Origin: Dimorphilus gyrociliatus
Taxonomy: Eukaryota; Animalia; Annelida
DNA length: 64,000 bases
Direction of reading: 5' to 3'
Assembly (NCBI GenBank): GCA_904063045.1
Contig: CAJFCJ010000002.1
Location: 3,095,891-3,159,890 of the forward strand
Made by a program: the position numbers and the translations under genes. Every line of letters starts with the position of its first letter. The first letter of the stretch is position 1. Below are positions 51,342 to 62,770 of the stretch, one piece after another. Below the pieces are notes generated by a model that was not told where the DNA came from, searched no databases, and worked only from the letters and a program-made list of their open reading frames with translations.

Positions 51342-54300
51342 TCAACTAGACCATTTTTTCGAGTGTAAATTTGCAAGCCCTGAGGCAGTTATCGTTCCAT
51401 AGTTCTGGGAGTAATTGCCAAAGTTCGACTTGGAAACTGTCGATGATGTAGCATTTGCCTTATTATCATATTGTTTCCTGCCATAGTGCGATCTCGGCCT
51501 TGTTGCGCCCGATTCGACTTGTTGTCCTTGTTTTGATGACAATGGTCTTTGATGTGGTATCTATATAGTAAAAAAGAGGGAAAACATAAATACTGATGAT
51601 ATAAAACATACAAAAAGGAGGGATAACAAGCCTAAAGAAAATATAGAGATGAAAAAAAAAACATAAAGAAAAAAAGAGAAGAAAGGCAGGCTTTTAGAAA
51701 CGACTGGAGAAAGATAGAAAGAGTACTTGCCACAGGTAGCCAGCGACGTTGGAATGGAGTGCAAGTGAACGACGGCCCATGCTGTGATACACGCAAAAAA
51801 AAACTTAACGCTGCATACAACTAAACATTTTAAAATATACGCCAAAAAATTATGGAGATTGCTGTATTTTTTCATAATTTTCCCTTATAGAGAGAGCTGC
51901 GCCATCTATCGCTTATACTTACAACCAACTTTTTTTATTTATGTTTGAGTTGTTGGTTGCTGAGGATTTATTTGGAATTAGGAAAAAATTCGAACAACTC
52001 CTATATAGAAACGTCTTCGAACATGCTCGAAGAGGAAAGGTAAAAAATCATAATAAGAACAATGTAAAAGAAGACCGAGTTTTTAAAGAAAAAAGTAAAA
52101 GATAAATTGAAAATAGTATGCTAACCACTTTTGTTGAAGATGGTCCCAAATCACGTAGAATGGCAGGATTATTAGTGTGATTTCTATGTAGGCCTGCTGA
52201 GTGAGTTCTTATAACTGTTTGAACTGGTGTGGCTCTACCAACTGGGGCGGAAGTGTGTCTGCTTTTTGTCTAAAATCAAGTCAAATAAGAATTATAAGCA
52301 GAAAGTCTAGTTAAAATAGTTTTCTGTTTTAAAAGGTTAAGAGAAGCGTAAAACATTTACTTACCGAACCGTTTTCAATATTTCCGGTTGAATGTTGCTT
52401 ATGAATGACAGCATGGCTTTTCGGCTTTCCCTGAAATTGATTCGGCACGGGGGTAGCCGTCTGATGTGTTGTTCTTCCAAAAGCTACAACTTTCTTTGCA
52501 TCAGCAGAACCTTGGTGTTTTTGTGTTGGCTCCTTTGGTGATGATGATCTCTCATTTTTGTGGTTAGTAACTTCCTGTTCTGCTAAATTTTTCGATCTTT
52601 CCTCCCTTCTTCTTCGTCTTCTCTCTAGCTTTTTTTGCATGATCATTTCGTATAATTTACTTCTATATTCTTCTACAGTTAGTTGTATATCATCATTCAG
52701 CGGTGGTAGGACATCGCGGCCTATAGACTGTTCTTCAGCAGCGTTATGAAAACGAGCAACATATGGATGTTTAAGAGCTTGGTCAGCCGTTATTCTTTTA
52801 CTTGGATTAAACTGAAGCAGTTTGTGAAGTAGATCTAAAGCTTCACTTGGAGCATCTGGTATTAAATCATTTAAAGTTTTCCGTGACCTAAAAAAATGAC
52901 AAACACGATTAATTTCATAGTTTTAAGCCTTTAACAGATATAATTCTTAGATTAGAAGCTGTGAGTTTGTTGTTTCTCAATATAGCAGCTGCTGCATCTT
53001 ACATTTTTTATAAATCAAGTCAAAAGGATCTGTTTCAGCCCTGATATTTAGATATCGACTATTATGACAAAATCAATTTTATCGAGGTGCCATTGAATTG
53101 ACTCTATTTTAAATCTTACTGGAAGTACTATTTATTCTTTGTTAAATCTTAATATTCAAGATGATAATAATAGAAAAACTACTTATTGAAACCAATTTAT
53201 CGATTTTTACAGGAAAAAGAATAGCTAATATTTGACGTTAGCTGTAAGAGTTTCAGCATGTCTTGCAGTATTCCTTAGACATATTAAATATTGATTGAAG
53301 ATTTGTTGATAATATAATTCTATATTTCTACGGAATAAAAAAATATTGCTATAGTTTTCTTACTTTTAAGTGCTAGGGATTTTCTAGTTTTGCTTCAAGA
53401 AACATCCTAATTACAAATCTATAATAGTTCTGAATGCTAGTCAAGAGGAAAATGGTTGATGTAATGGGAATAGTATATCCCACACTCTCCGTCAAAAATA
53501 GAGCGCAGAAAAGGAAATAAAAAAACATACTTTTTTACGATTTTGTCCAAGAGAGATGCACCAAATGTGCTTTGAATACTGTCAACGTCTTCTCTACTAG
53601 GAAGGTCAATTGTCGACATAATACGTTCAATCTGATTAAGTGTAGAACTTCCAGGGAATAGAGGCTTACCCATTAGCATCTCCCCTAGAATACATCCCAT
53701 ACTCCACATATCTACGCCTTTAGTGTAGTTGTGTGAAGCAAGTATAATTTCTGGAGCTCTATACCATCTAGTTGCAACGTATTCTGTTAGACTTGGGTCG
53801 GTTTGGTCATCTGCCTCTAATTGAGTCAAAGATCGTGCTAAACCAAAATCACAAACTTTGACAAAGCATTCACTATCTAATAGTACATTTGATGGCTTTT
53901 GATCTCTATGTATAACATTTCCAGAATGCAAGTATTTGGTTGCTTTAAGTAATTGATACATTATATATCGCTTATGAACGTCCTTCAAAATATTTCCTCT
54001 CTTTATCACATTGTGCAAATCCGTGTCTGAAAAAAAATAATAGTATTATCATTCTACTATGAATAAATCGAATAACGCTTGATTGTAATCATATATCTTA
54101 TCATTAAATTCAAGTATCGACTGCGTAACGTAATGATTCAATTTCATGTACAACCGATACTATGTCAAAGATGAACAAAGTCAGTTTTATTTCAAAAAGA
54201 GAGCTGTTTTGATTTTAGAAATTGAAAGAGTGAATAGCTGAATAATTCTTCACAAATTAAATTTATCTTAAAGCATATAGTAATATATAAAAAAGGACTG

Positions 54301-55215
54301 GTGTTTGTTTGAATACTGAATGAATAATAGATATCTTGAAAATATCTACAGAATTCAAAATAAAGTTAAAAATTTAATAAATGCTTCAGGCGTTAGAGAT
54401 GTGTTTCTTTCTTTTTTGTTCATCTATATCTCTGTTTTATAATCTGTTCAATCCACCTCTCTTCAATCTAATGACGTTCAATTAATTAGGAATGAAGCCG
54501 AAATTAAATTAGTCTTAAAACGGATGGAATTTGAGTTACTTAAATAGAGCGCTTAAATTTTAACATGGTTGTTTTTTGTCTAAGGATTAATTGAAAGAGT
54601 GGTGCGTAATGTGATATTGTGTTGTGGTTGAATCGATTTAATTAGAAAATAACAACAAACCCATAAATTCAAAAACCAAGTAAATATCTTTATCGTTTTC
54701 TGCTCGTAGAACGTTGTGAAGTTTTACAATGTTTGGATGATCTCCGAATTCTTGCAAAAACATGATTTCCCTAAACGTTCGCTTTGGGAAAAAATTTAAA
54801 TAATCAATAAATTAGCTCGCGTGCAATTGGTTCGTAAATTAAAATTGACTGGAAAAGTCAATTTTTACTACTTGTAAATCAATTAAATATTTACTTGAGC
54901 ATCTGTAGAATTTCGAAAAGCATCAAATATTTTCTTTAAAGCTACCACTTCTCCTGTCCTTCTGTCTATTGCTTTCCATACGATACCGTAGGCCTAAAAA
55001 GTATTTATATTAATTTTAAAAGTAAAAAATTAATCGTAATAACCTTTCAGATACATTAGAATAACTATGTTAAATATTATTCATATTGTGAATAACTATT
55101 AGATATTTTTAAATTGATAGTTAAATATGATCAATTAAATCATGTTTACCCCTTTGCCAAGTCGTTTCTTAATTTCATATTTCTTCGTTACATGTTCCTC
55201 TATCTCGGAGCTCAT
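51342..55215 (-). CDS. MAPK15: Atypical MAP kinase ERK7/ERK8; 7 exons (55215-55150, 54993-54895, 54781-54661, 54026-53531, 52887-52365, 52269-52126, 51560-51342)
   Basis: [127 protein letters not shown]; C-terminal YGTIT motif. All junctions in phase. Confidence 0.97.
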
Positions 55216-55586
55216 TTTGTTTGTATAATCAAAGTTTCCTTAACACTTTTTTCAATAAAGAACATTGGGTCGCATTTTTTCAGGCTGACATTCCATAAGC
55301 TGTGAGGTGTTTGTTTAATAATCATACGCGTTAGAAAATAGTTATGAGGTATTTGGTAACTTTTATAATAACGATAAAAAGGAAACATAAAATTTATTCC
55401 CCAAAAAAAAAGTAAACATTTTTATCTATTATTTTTTAATAAATCTGCTCATAAACAAAAATTTTACATTTAAGCGTAATAACACAAGAGAAACCGAGAA
55501 TCCAAAGACGTCATATGTCAAATTCCGGAAGTTAGCGCCATCTATTGTTCACTAGTGTTTCCGGTGGCCATATTATTCACTTAGAA
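55216..55586. promoter_or_regulatory. 371-bp bidirectional promoter MAPK15/RAB10
   Basis: Lies between divergent ATGs (55215 and 55587); contains GCGCCATCTA at 55535-55544, AGACGTCA and CCGGAAGT (ETS-like). Confidence 0.65.
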
Positions 55587-58100
55587 ATGGCAAAGAAAAC
55601 GTACGATTTATTGTTCAAATTGCTGCTAATTGGAGATTCAGGAGTAGGAAAAACTTGCTTACTTTTTCGATTTTCCGATGACGCTTTTAATACTACTTTC
55701 ATTTCGACGATAGGTGAATTTTATAAGATTTTGTATATTTAACCATGAAGTGATTAATACAATAAAAACTTCCACGCTGTCATGTATTTCTTATAATGTA
55801 AATGTTGTTTGGTAAAAATTTTTGTTGGAAAGTATAGTTAATAAGTTGAATGACAGGCATCGATTTCAAGATAAAAACGATCGAACTGCGAGGAAAGAAG
55901 ATAAAATTACAAATTTGGGACACAGCGGGACAGGAACGATTTCACACCATCACAACTTCCTATTACAGAGGAGCAATGGGAATTATGCTAGTGTATGATA
56001 TTTCTAGTGCTAAATCCTTTGAAAATATCTCGAAATGGCTCAGGAATATTGACGAAGTAAGCATATAAAAATTTTCCATTACTAAAATGAACGAAAACAG
56101 GATCTAGTAAAAAACTGATATCACCTGAGTTTTTTGCCTATATATCAGGATTTCACTAGTTTACAAAGTTGGCCTAAATGATAAAATAGTGTACATTAAA
56201 AACTAAGTTTTGATATTCGCCCTACTCAGGCTAATAGAGGTTCATGAATCAATCACGTTTGCGGACAAACGTGCCTTGAGGCATATGATGAATTTGCATT
56301 TTGTATATGGATATCTATATACAATATAAATATGTAGGTATTTTTTTTATAAATGTACTTGGTGGTAAAGATAACTTTTAATAGCTAGATAATTTCACTG
56401 ATAGTTTGTTATAAATTTTAATGCTAATTTTATTAATCAGCAACAAAAACAATATATTTTAGTTTTTAGAACACATAACACACTTGGAAAAAACTGTCAA
56501 ACCTTGTTAAATTGATATGGTATTCTAATTTACATCAAAAATACTTCCTAATAAGTCTTGAAGCAAAAAAAATTATAGAATTTTATGACAGTCAATTAAC
56601 TATCTATAGATCGGTAGGAACAAGGAAATAATATGACGTATGTTTTTTGAGAAATAAGAACTAGTGTTGATAAGTGAGTGGCGTTATTCTCCTGAGCAAA
56701 CGCATTATTTAGAAGCGTTGCAGCAGTCACGTTAGTAAGTGACTGAGTGATTTTAGGACGGTTTTAAATGGCTCAAAAAGCCTTGTTCATTGAAAACTCG
56801 TAAGAAAGTTCAGTTTGAAGTAGAATAACAAAGGAATAAATTTCCTATAGACATTTGTATAATTTTGTATCAGTAATAGTTTTATTGCTTTATTTGAATA
56901 TCTACTTTTTTCTGCATTGGACATCAGTTGTCCAATGCATGGTTATTTTTTTGTTAGAATTAATAAACGGTCCCAAAATACAAATAGGACAGACGTTAAT
57001 AATTTGATAGGACTAACTAAATGACTTAGAAAAATAACCACTTTATACAGGCCATTTAGGATTCACCTAACCATATAATAATATCATTTACTCGTTAGAA
57101 TGAGCAAATTTAATCTGCAATGAATGTTTACATAATAGGCTTTGACTAAGATTGTCCAGTGATGATAAATCTTAAAATGAGAGACGGGGCTCTATATATT
57201 GCGACTAGTGTTCACTTCATATCATTTCATTATTTCATGCATCATTTCCAAGCACTAGTTGTGAATTATGGCGGCTTGTGGTTTCTGTGAGTTTGAGATT
57301 ATGAGATCTGAGGACGATTTGCTTTACTAATAAAAAATAATGTTTATATATATCAAAATATATAGCTAAGTAAAGAAAATACTAGGCCAAACCAATTAAG
57401 ACACATAATTGGGAACTGAGTAGAATTCTACGTTACCTATCTGTAATATCTAGTTATTAGAATGCCTCAAAAATGTACTTTAGCTGAAACTGAACTTCTA
57501 TTCTAAGGTAATGAGTTGTGTCTTTCAGCTATACATTTTTGTTGGTTTAATCTAAAGAGATACGTTTTTGAGGCTTTATTCTATTTCCCACAATGTTTCT
57601 CAATTTGGCTGCGTAGTAAAAATAGCACTGGGCGAATAAATTGGTCACATTTTTATACAATGCTTCTATATATGATTTTCTTATTTAACAGCACGCGAAC
57701 GAGGATGTAGAAAAAATGATCTTGGGTAATAAATGCGATTTGGTTGAAAAAAGACAGGTTCCTAAAGATAAAGGCGAAATGGTACGTGTTTCTTTTCTAT
57801 GTTTTGAAGACGGAAAAAATATTTTCCTTTCTATAGATTGCAGAGGAGCATAACATTCCCTTCTTAGAAACAAGTGCCAAAAGTAATGAAAATGTAGAAA
57901 AAGCTTTTTACCAGTTAGCCGAAGCTATATTGGATAAGGTGAGCTATTTAACTTTAATCTGAAATTTAATTTATCATTAATTAATTGACTGATTGATATT
58001 CTCCTTTTTTCTACAGACGCCGAATAAAGAATCAGACAATAGAGGCCCTGTTGATATTCGTAATTCATCGGACTCCCGGCAATCTAAATGCTGTTCATGA
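55587..58100 (+). CDS. RAB10: Rab10 small GTPase; 5 exons (55587-55713, 55857-56056, 57692-57781, 57837-57938, 58017-58100), 200 aa
   Basis: [101 protein letters not shown]. Confidence 0.97.
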
Positions 58101-60122
58101 TTTTTAGTCAAGCTTAACCTGCTTTTAGTATACAAAACTCTGAGAAATTTGATTTTCATCTTTCGATTCGGACACGCTATAAAAACGATTTTAATCGTTG
58201 GCATTTAATGATGTCTATCGTCAATCGATTTTCGTTCTATTTTATTTCGCAATCTGCATATTGAGTATATTTTAACAAAGCCTATACAATAGACATGATG
58301 TAAGTATAATTATGAAACGCTTTTGTTTAAAAGCGATAAAAAAGTCGAAACAGATTTTTAATTGCGAGGAATTACGCTTACTTGTACAACTTTGTATAGT
58401 ATTATTATGTTGAATATTATAATGACAAAATAAATTTTTTATTGTACAAAGCTTTTCAACAGGTTTTAAACCATACTTACTAATAAAAAGTATATTCTCG
58501 TTGTTTCGGAAAGAGTAATTGAAGACCTAATACGCCCACAAGACAATTAGTTGACTTTATCATCCTATATCGCTTGTTTCTTTGTTCACTTAATATTTTA
58601 ATGGGAGATGTAAAAAATAAGCAAAATGTAGCTCTCTAAATTTTTCCTCAGCCTGTAACAAGAGCGGATGTGAAATTAATGCTCTCTTGGCCTATTACAC
58701 TGAGACTTAGCAATTTCATCTTGAAATGAGTTTTAGTGGAGACACGTTGACATTAATTAATCTTTAGTACAAGTTAGTGCAAGAACTAAATAAAAATCTG
58801 GTATTTTATTAAACCTGCAATAGAAACACTGTACAATTTGTATCTTCTATTAGGAGAAAAATATTGCAAGTATTACTTTTCCATTGAAAATAACACAGTT
58901 AAGTCGTATTCTTCTAGATATTGTCTATTTCTAAAGGAAAATTTCCACGAGTAATTGGCAAGTTTGCGGGTAAAAATTGGATACTTACGCCTGACGTTGA
59001 TTTTACTTATATTCCTGTTGTATAAAATATTAAGAACAGTTCATACAATTAATTATTATTTTCAAAAAAAACCAGATTAATAAGAAAAGTACTAGAGTTA
59101 TAAATTGTTTTCGAGCTAGGAATAACAATTTCGGAAATAAAGCTTAATTGTAATTCGGTCTATACAAATATAATTCTTTCAATCCACACTGACCGAGGTG
59201 AATGTCATCTCCTTTCCATCTATCCTATACTAGATAATAAATCTTTTTCCACAAAAAAAGAGAAATACCAAATGAAGCATAACACGGTTTAATTGAAAAT
59301 ATTACTCTTTATTTTAGTAATAGAGTAATAAAAAGAGAGATTAAGATATATAAATAATATTTCTTATTTCTTTTTAATGTTTGCTAGTTACGCAGTTAAT
59401 TTAATGAGGAATTGTTACTGAGAGAGAGAAAGAGAGAAAAGAGATGGAAAAAAACATATAGTAAAAGAAAGTAAACAGATTTTTTTGAAAACGACAAAAG
59501 AATATAATTTTATTTCATTAGGAATAAGGTTTTACCGTAATAGCCTTCTTTCTATTCTCTTTCTGTCCTTTCTCTCCCACTCTCCGTTAACGAATAATTT
59601 GCATATGTATAGTTTTGTTTATAAAATATATACTGTTACAATATTTAATACGTGTTTTATTTCTATTGAATAGAAGTTTATCATATGCGCCTTTTCGATA
59701 ATTAAAAGATTGTTTTCTAAGCGAAAAGCTGAAGGAGAAAAGAGAATGAAAAAGGAAAAGGTGTGATTAGAATGAAATTAATTAAATGAATAGCATTAAG
59801 TAGATATCGCTTGTCTTTTCTATCAATATTCATTATGGTGATTCTCCAGGCACAGAATAAAAATCTCTAACGTTGTTGTTCCGCTAGTGTTAATTATTGA
59901 CAATTTTTTTATTACAGGCAGAAGATGGCAGTACTGAGGTTTGAAAGGCTTCTCTGGTGACTGAAAGTTTGATACTGTAAATGTACGAAATGTATTGAGC
60001 AAGAGAAATGTATAAATATTTATTTACTTGATAATTTTTAATGGAATAGTTAGGAAGAAACTTGAATTCTTTCAAGAGAGACTAATTTTATTCATTAAGA
60101 CAAAAGGTCAACTTGATTTAAA

Positions 60123-61471
60123 ATGTCTTTGGGACGAACATATGATGTTCTCCTAAAAATTGTTTTAGTAGGAGATACTGGCGTTGGAAAGACGGCTCTT
60201 ATGTTATTCTTCGATCATGGACTATCAGCGTCAACAATTATACCTACAATAGGTAAATTAATAATTTACATATTGCTATATTCCACTTAGTAACTTTAAT
60301 AAAATCATACATTAGAGTATATTGAACCAGTTTTCGCTTAAAATATATTTTCCCCATTAACTAAAGGAAGGAAGCAAGAATCTTTTTAAATGACGCCTTC
60401 TAGATTATGAATGTTCTTTATTTCCTATTACAAAATAAAAAAAAGCCCTACAAATGTGAAATATTTTGCCCTATTAATTTCGTAATAGTCGATTTTTTTT
60501 ATTTAGCTTCCGTGTTTCGTCATAGCTTAGCACTTTTTAAAATTACCCTCATTTTAATAATTAATAATGTTTACTTTATTTTTCTTTTAAAAAACAAAAA
60601 ACCGAACAGGAATTGATTTTAAAGTAAAAACTATAAGCGTTATGGGTAAAAGAATCAAACTACAAATATGGGATACTGCAGGCCAAGAGAGATTTCAGGC
60701 AATACCTTCATCCTATTATAGAGGTGTTCATGGAATTTTACTAGTTTATAGTATCACTAAGGCATCATCCTTTGAAAATGTCTCAAAATGGTTAAATCGT
60801 ATTAAAAAGGTAGGTTAATTAAGATGAATAATAATAATAATAACAATCATAAAAGAAGACAAACTTTATTCTGTATTAAATGAATATTCCAATTATAAAT
60901 TAATATTTACTTGGTTTCGTATATAAAAGAGAAATTTAACGTTTATATTCTGAAACCTCAAGATATAACGTCGTAGAATTTTCCTTGTATATTAAATTTA
61001 CTACTTATGATTATCCTTTTTACTTTGTTCCTTTAAAAGCAAACGGGCTCTGATGATCCCGAAATGATTCTCTTAGGCAACAATTGCGATCTGGAAAATG
61101 AAAGGCAAATATCGAAGAAGAACGGCGAAGAGGTTTAGTCTCTAAGAATTTTTGGCCATAGGCTAAATATAATTAAATAGATTATGATTTTTTCCCTTAA
61201 ATTATAGATGGCCAGAAACTTAAATATCTCCTTTATGGAAACTAGTGCCAAGACAGGCATAAATATTAATAAAGCTTTTTATAGTATAACGGAATTAGTT
61301 TTAAATAGGGTGAGATGGCTACATTATCTTTCACACAGTATTTTTCCTTTCATTAAATCATAATTCTAATAACAATTTTAGAGAACAAGAGAAGAGAAAG
61401 CCGAATTCGAGGATATGGAGAAAACGTATAAAAAGAAAGGATTACTTGATTGTTTTGGATGTCGTTCTTAG
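60123..61471 (+). CDS. Divergent Rab8/10-family GTPase, tandem duplicate of RAB10; 5 exons (60123-60252, 60610-60809, 61040-61132, 61208-61309, 61382-61471), 204 aa
   Basis: [91 protein letters not shown]. Same four intron positions and phases as the neighbouring RAB10; frame intact. Confidence 0.9.
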
Positions 61472-62770
61472 AAAGAGTTGTGTTTTTTTTTGTTTGTTGT
61501 TGCTATTACAGTATATAATATAAATTTATATATATAGATAATGTAAAAATATACTGTAGCAGTACATGTATCTGTTTCTTATTTTCTTTGAATTTTTAAA
61601 AGTAAACCCAAATTCATTTTACAAGGTATTATATTTCTTATATTAAAAGATTTTCAGCTGTTTAGAATGAGTTACAATTTAGATTTTAATGGATATTTCT
61701 TTTTTTTTTGTCTATCCTTGACCATATAGCGTATAGAGTTAGTTATATGACTGATCAAGGACATTTTTCGTTTTTTAAATAACAATAGACAGTGAATAAT
61801 ATATTCTTCTTTATTAACAATAGTTTAGTATTGCGTAGAAAAGGTTCTTCAACTCGTTTAGAATTCGTTTATATTATACTTTATATAATAATGGTAATAG
61901 TAATTTGTAGGCCTATATATACATTTAGTTAAAGAACCGTTTTAAATTTACAATTTCTTTTGAAAGTATATTCTTAAGGACCAAAGTTTAAAATGAAATA
62001 AGTCGCGCCATCTATAGTTAAGAGGATTGTTAATTTTTTAATGTTCAAAGCTTTGGGCATCAGTCTTGACTACTAATGGCTCCAATCCTCAGAGATCTTT
62101 AATTCCACAGGGTGATTACAAGGCTAAATCAATGATAGTCAATTCAAATTGAGGAACTAAATAGGTTCGAGTAGTTGTTACATTCACTGTATTTTTTTTT
62201 TCGATTAATCCATGCTCCTTTTGATGAAGTATAAAATGTAGTGAATTTCATGAATTGAGTAGGATTAGTCTTTTTTTTTTCAGGTATTATATTTCCAACT
62301 GTAAATAAAGTTAACTTCACAGAGATTTAATTGGATCAATAGATTTTTTTTTTCTAGCGTTTGCTAGAGGTTTTGAAATAAAAATTTCATTTGCAATTCG
62401 GTTGGATAATCAAACTGTAGAACTTTTTAAATTGAAAATGTAACAAACAAACTTTAACCATTGTAAACAAATATAGAAAAAGTTGATTATTTTTCTTTAA
62501 TGGATTTGTATTAAATAAATACGACGCAAGCAACAGTAAATAATATCTCATTGTATACTACAATATACATATAACATGTCATGTATAAACATTCAAGTAT
62601 ACATGGGGTACGTACGTATAGTTTGGTGTGTAAAATTTATATGTATAACGTAGTTACGTACATAAATACATATACTGTATATACTAATATATAGACGGGT
62701 AATAAATTACAAAAATAGCAGCTCAAACAAAAAGAAATCTAACGTGACAAAGGACATAGTCAGGAGGCTA

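Noticed and set aside
52938-53044. + strand peptide [24 protein letters not shown].. in a MAPK15 intron, reminiscent of the TMEM216/17 C-terminus
   Set aside because: Only a 5-residue match, and there is no room or phase-compatible candidate for upstream exons.
59918-59944. Acceptor followed by AEDGSTEV* (PDZ-ligand-like), in phase with RAB10 exon 4
   Set aside because: Nine codons is within chance; position 200 bp upstream of the Rab duplicate ATG fits a 5' UTR exon better. Junction reads 57938->59918 would revive it.
62051-62330. Phase-compatible mini-exon pair (LWASVLTTNGSNPQRSLIPQG / IIFPTVNKVNFTEI*)
   Set aside because: Very short, no homology and no start; such pairs arise easily in AT-rich DNA.
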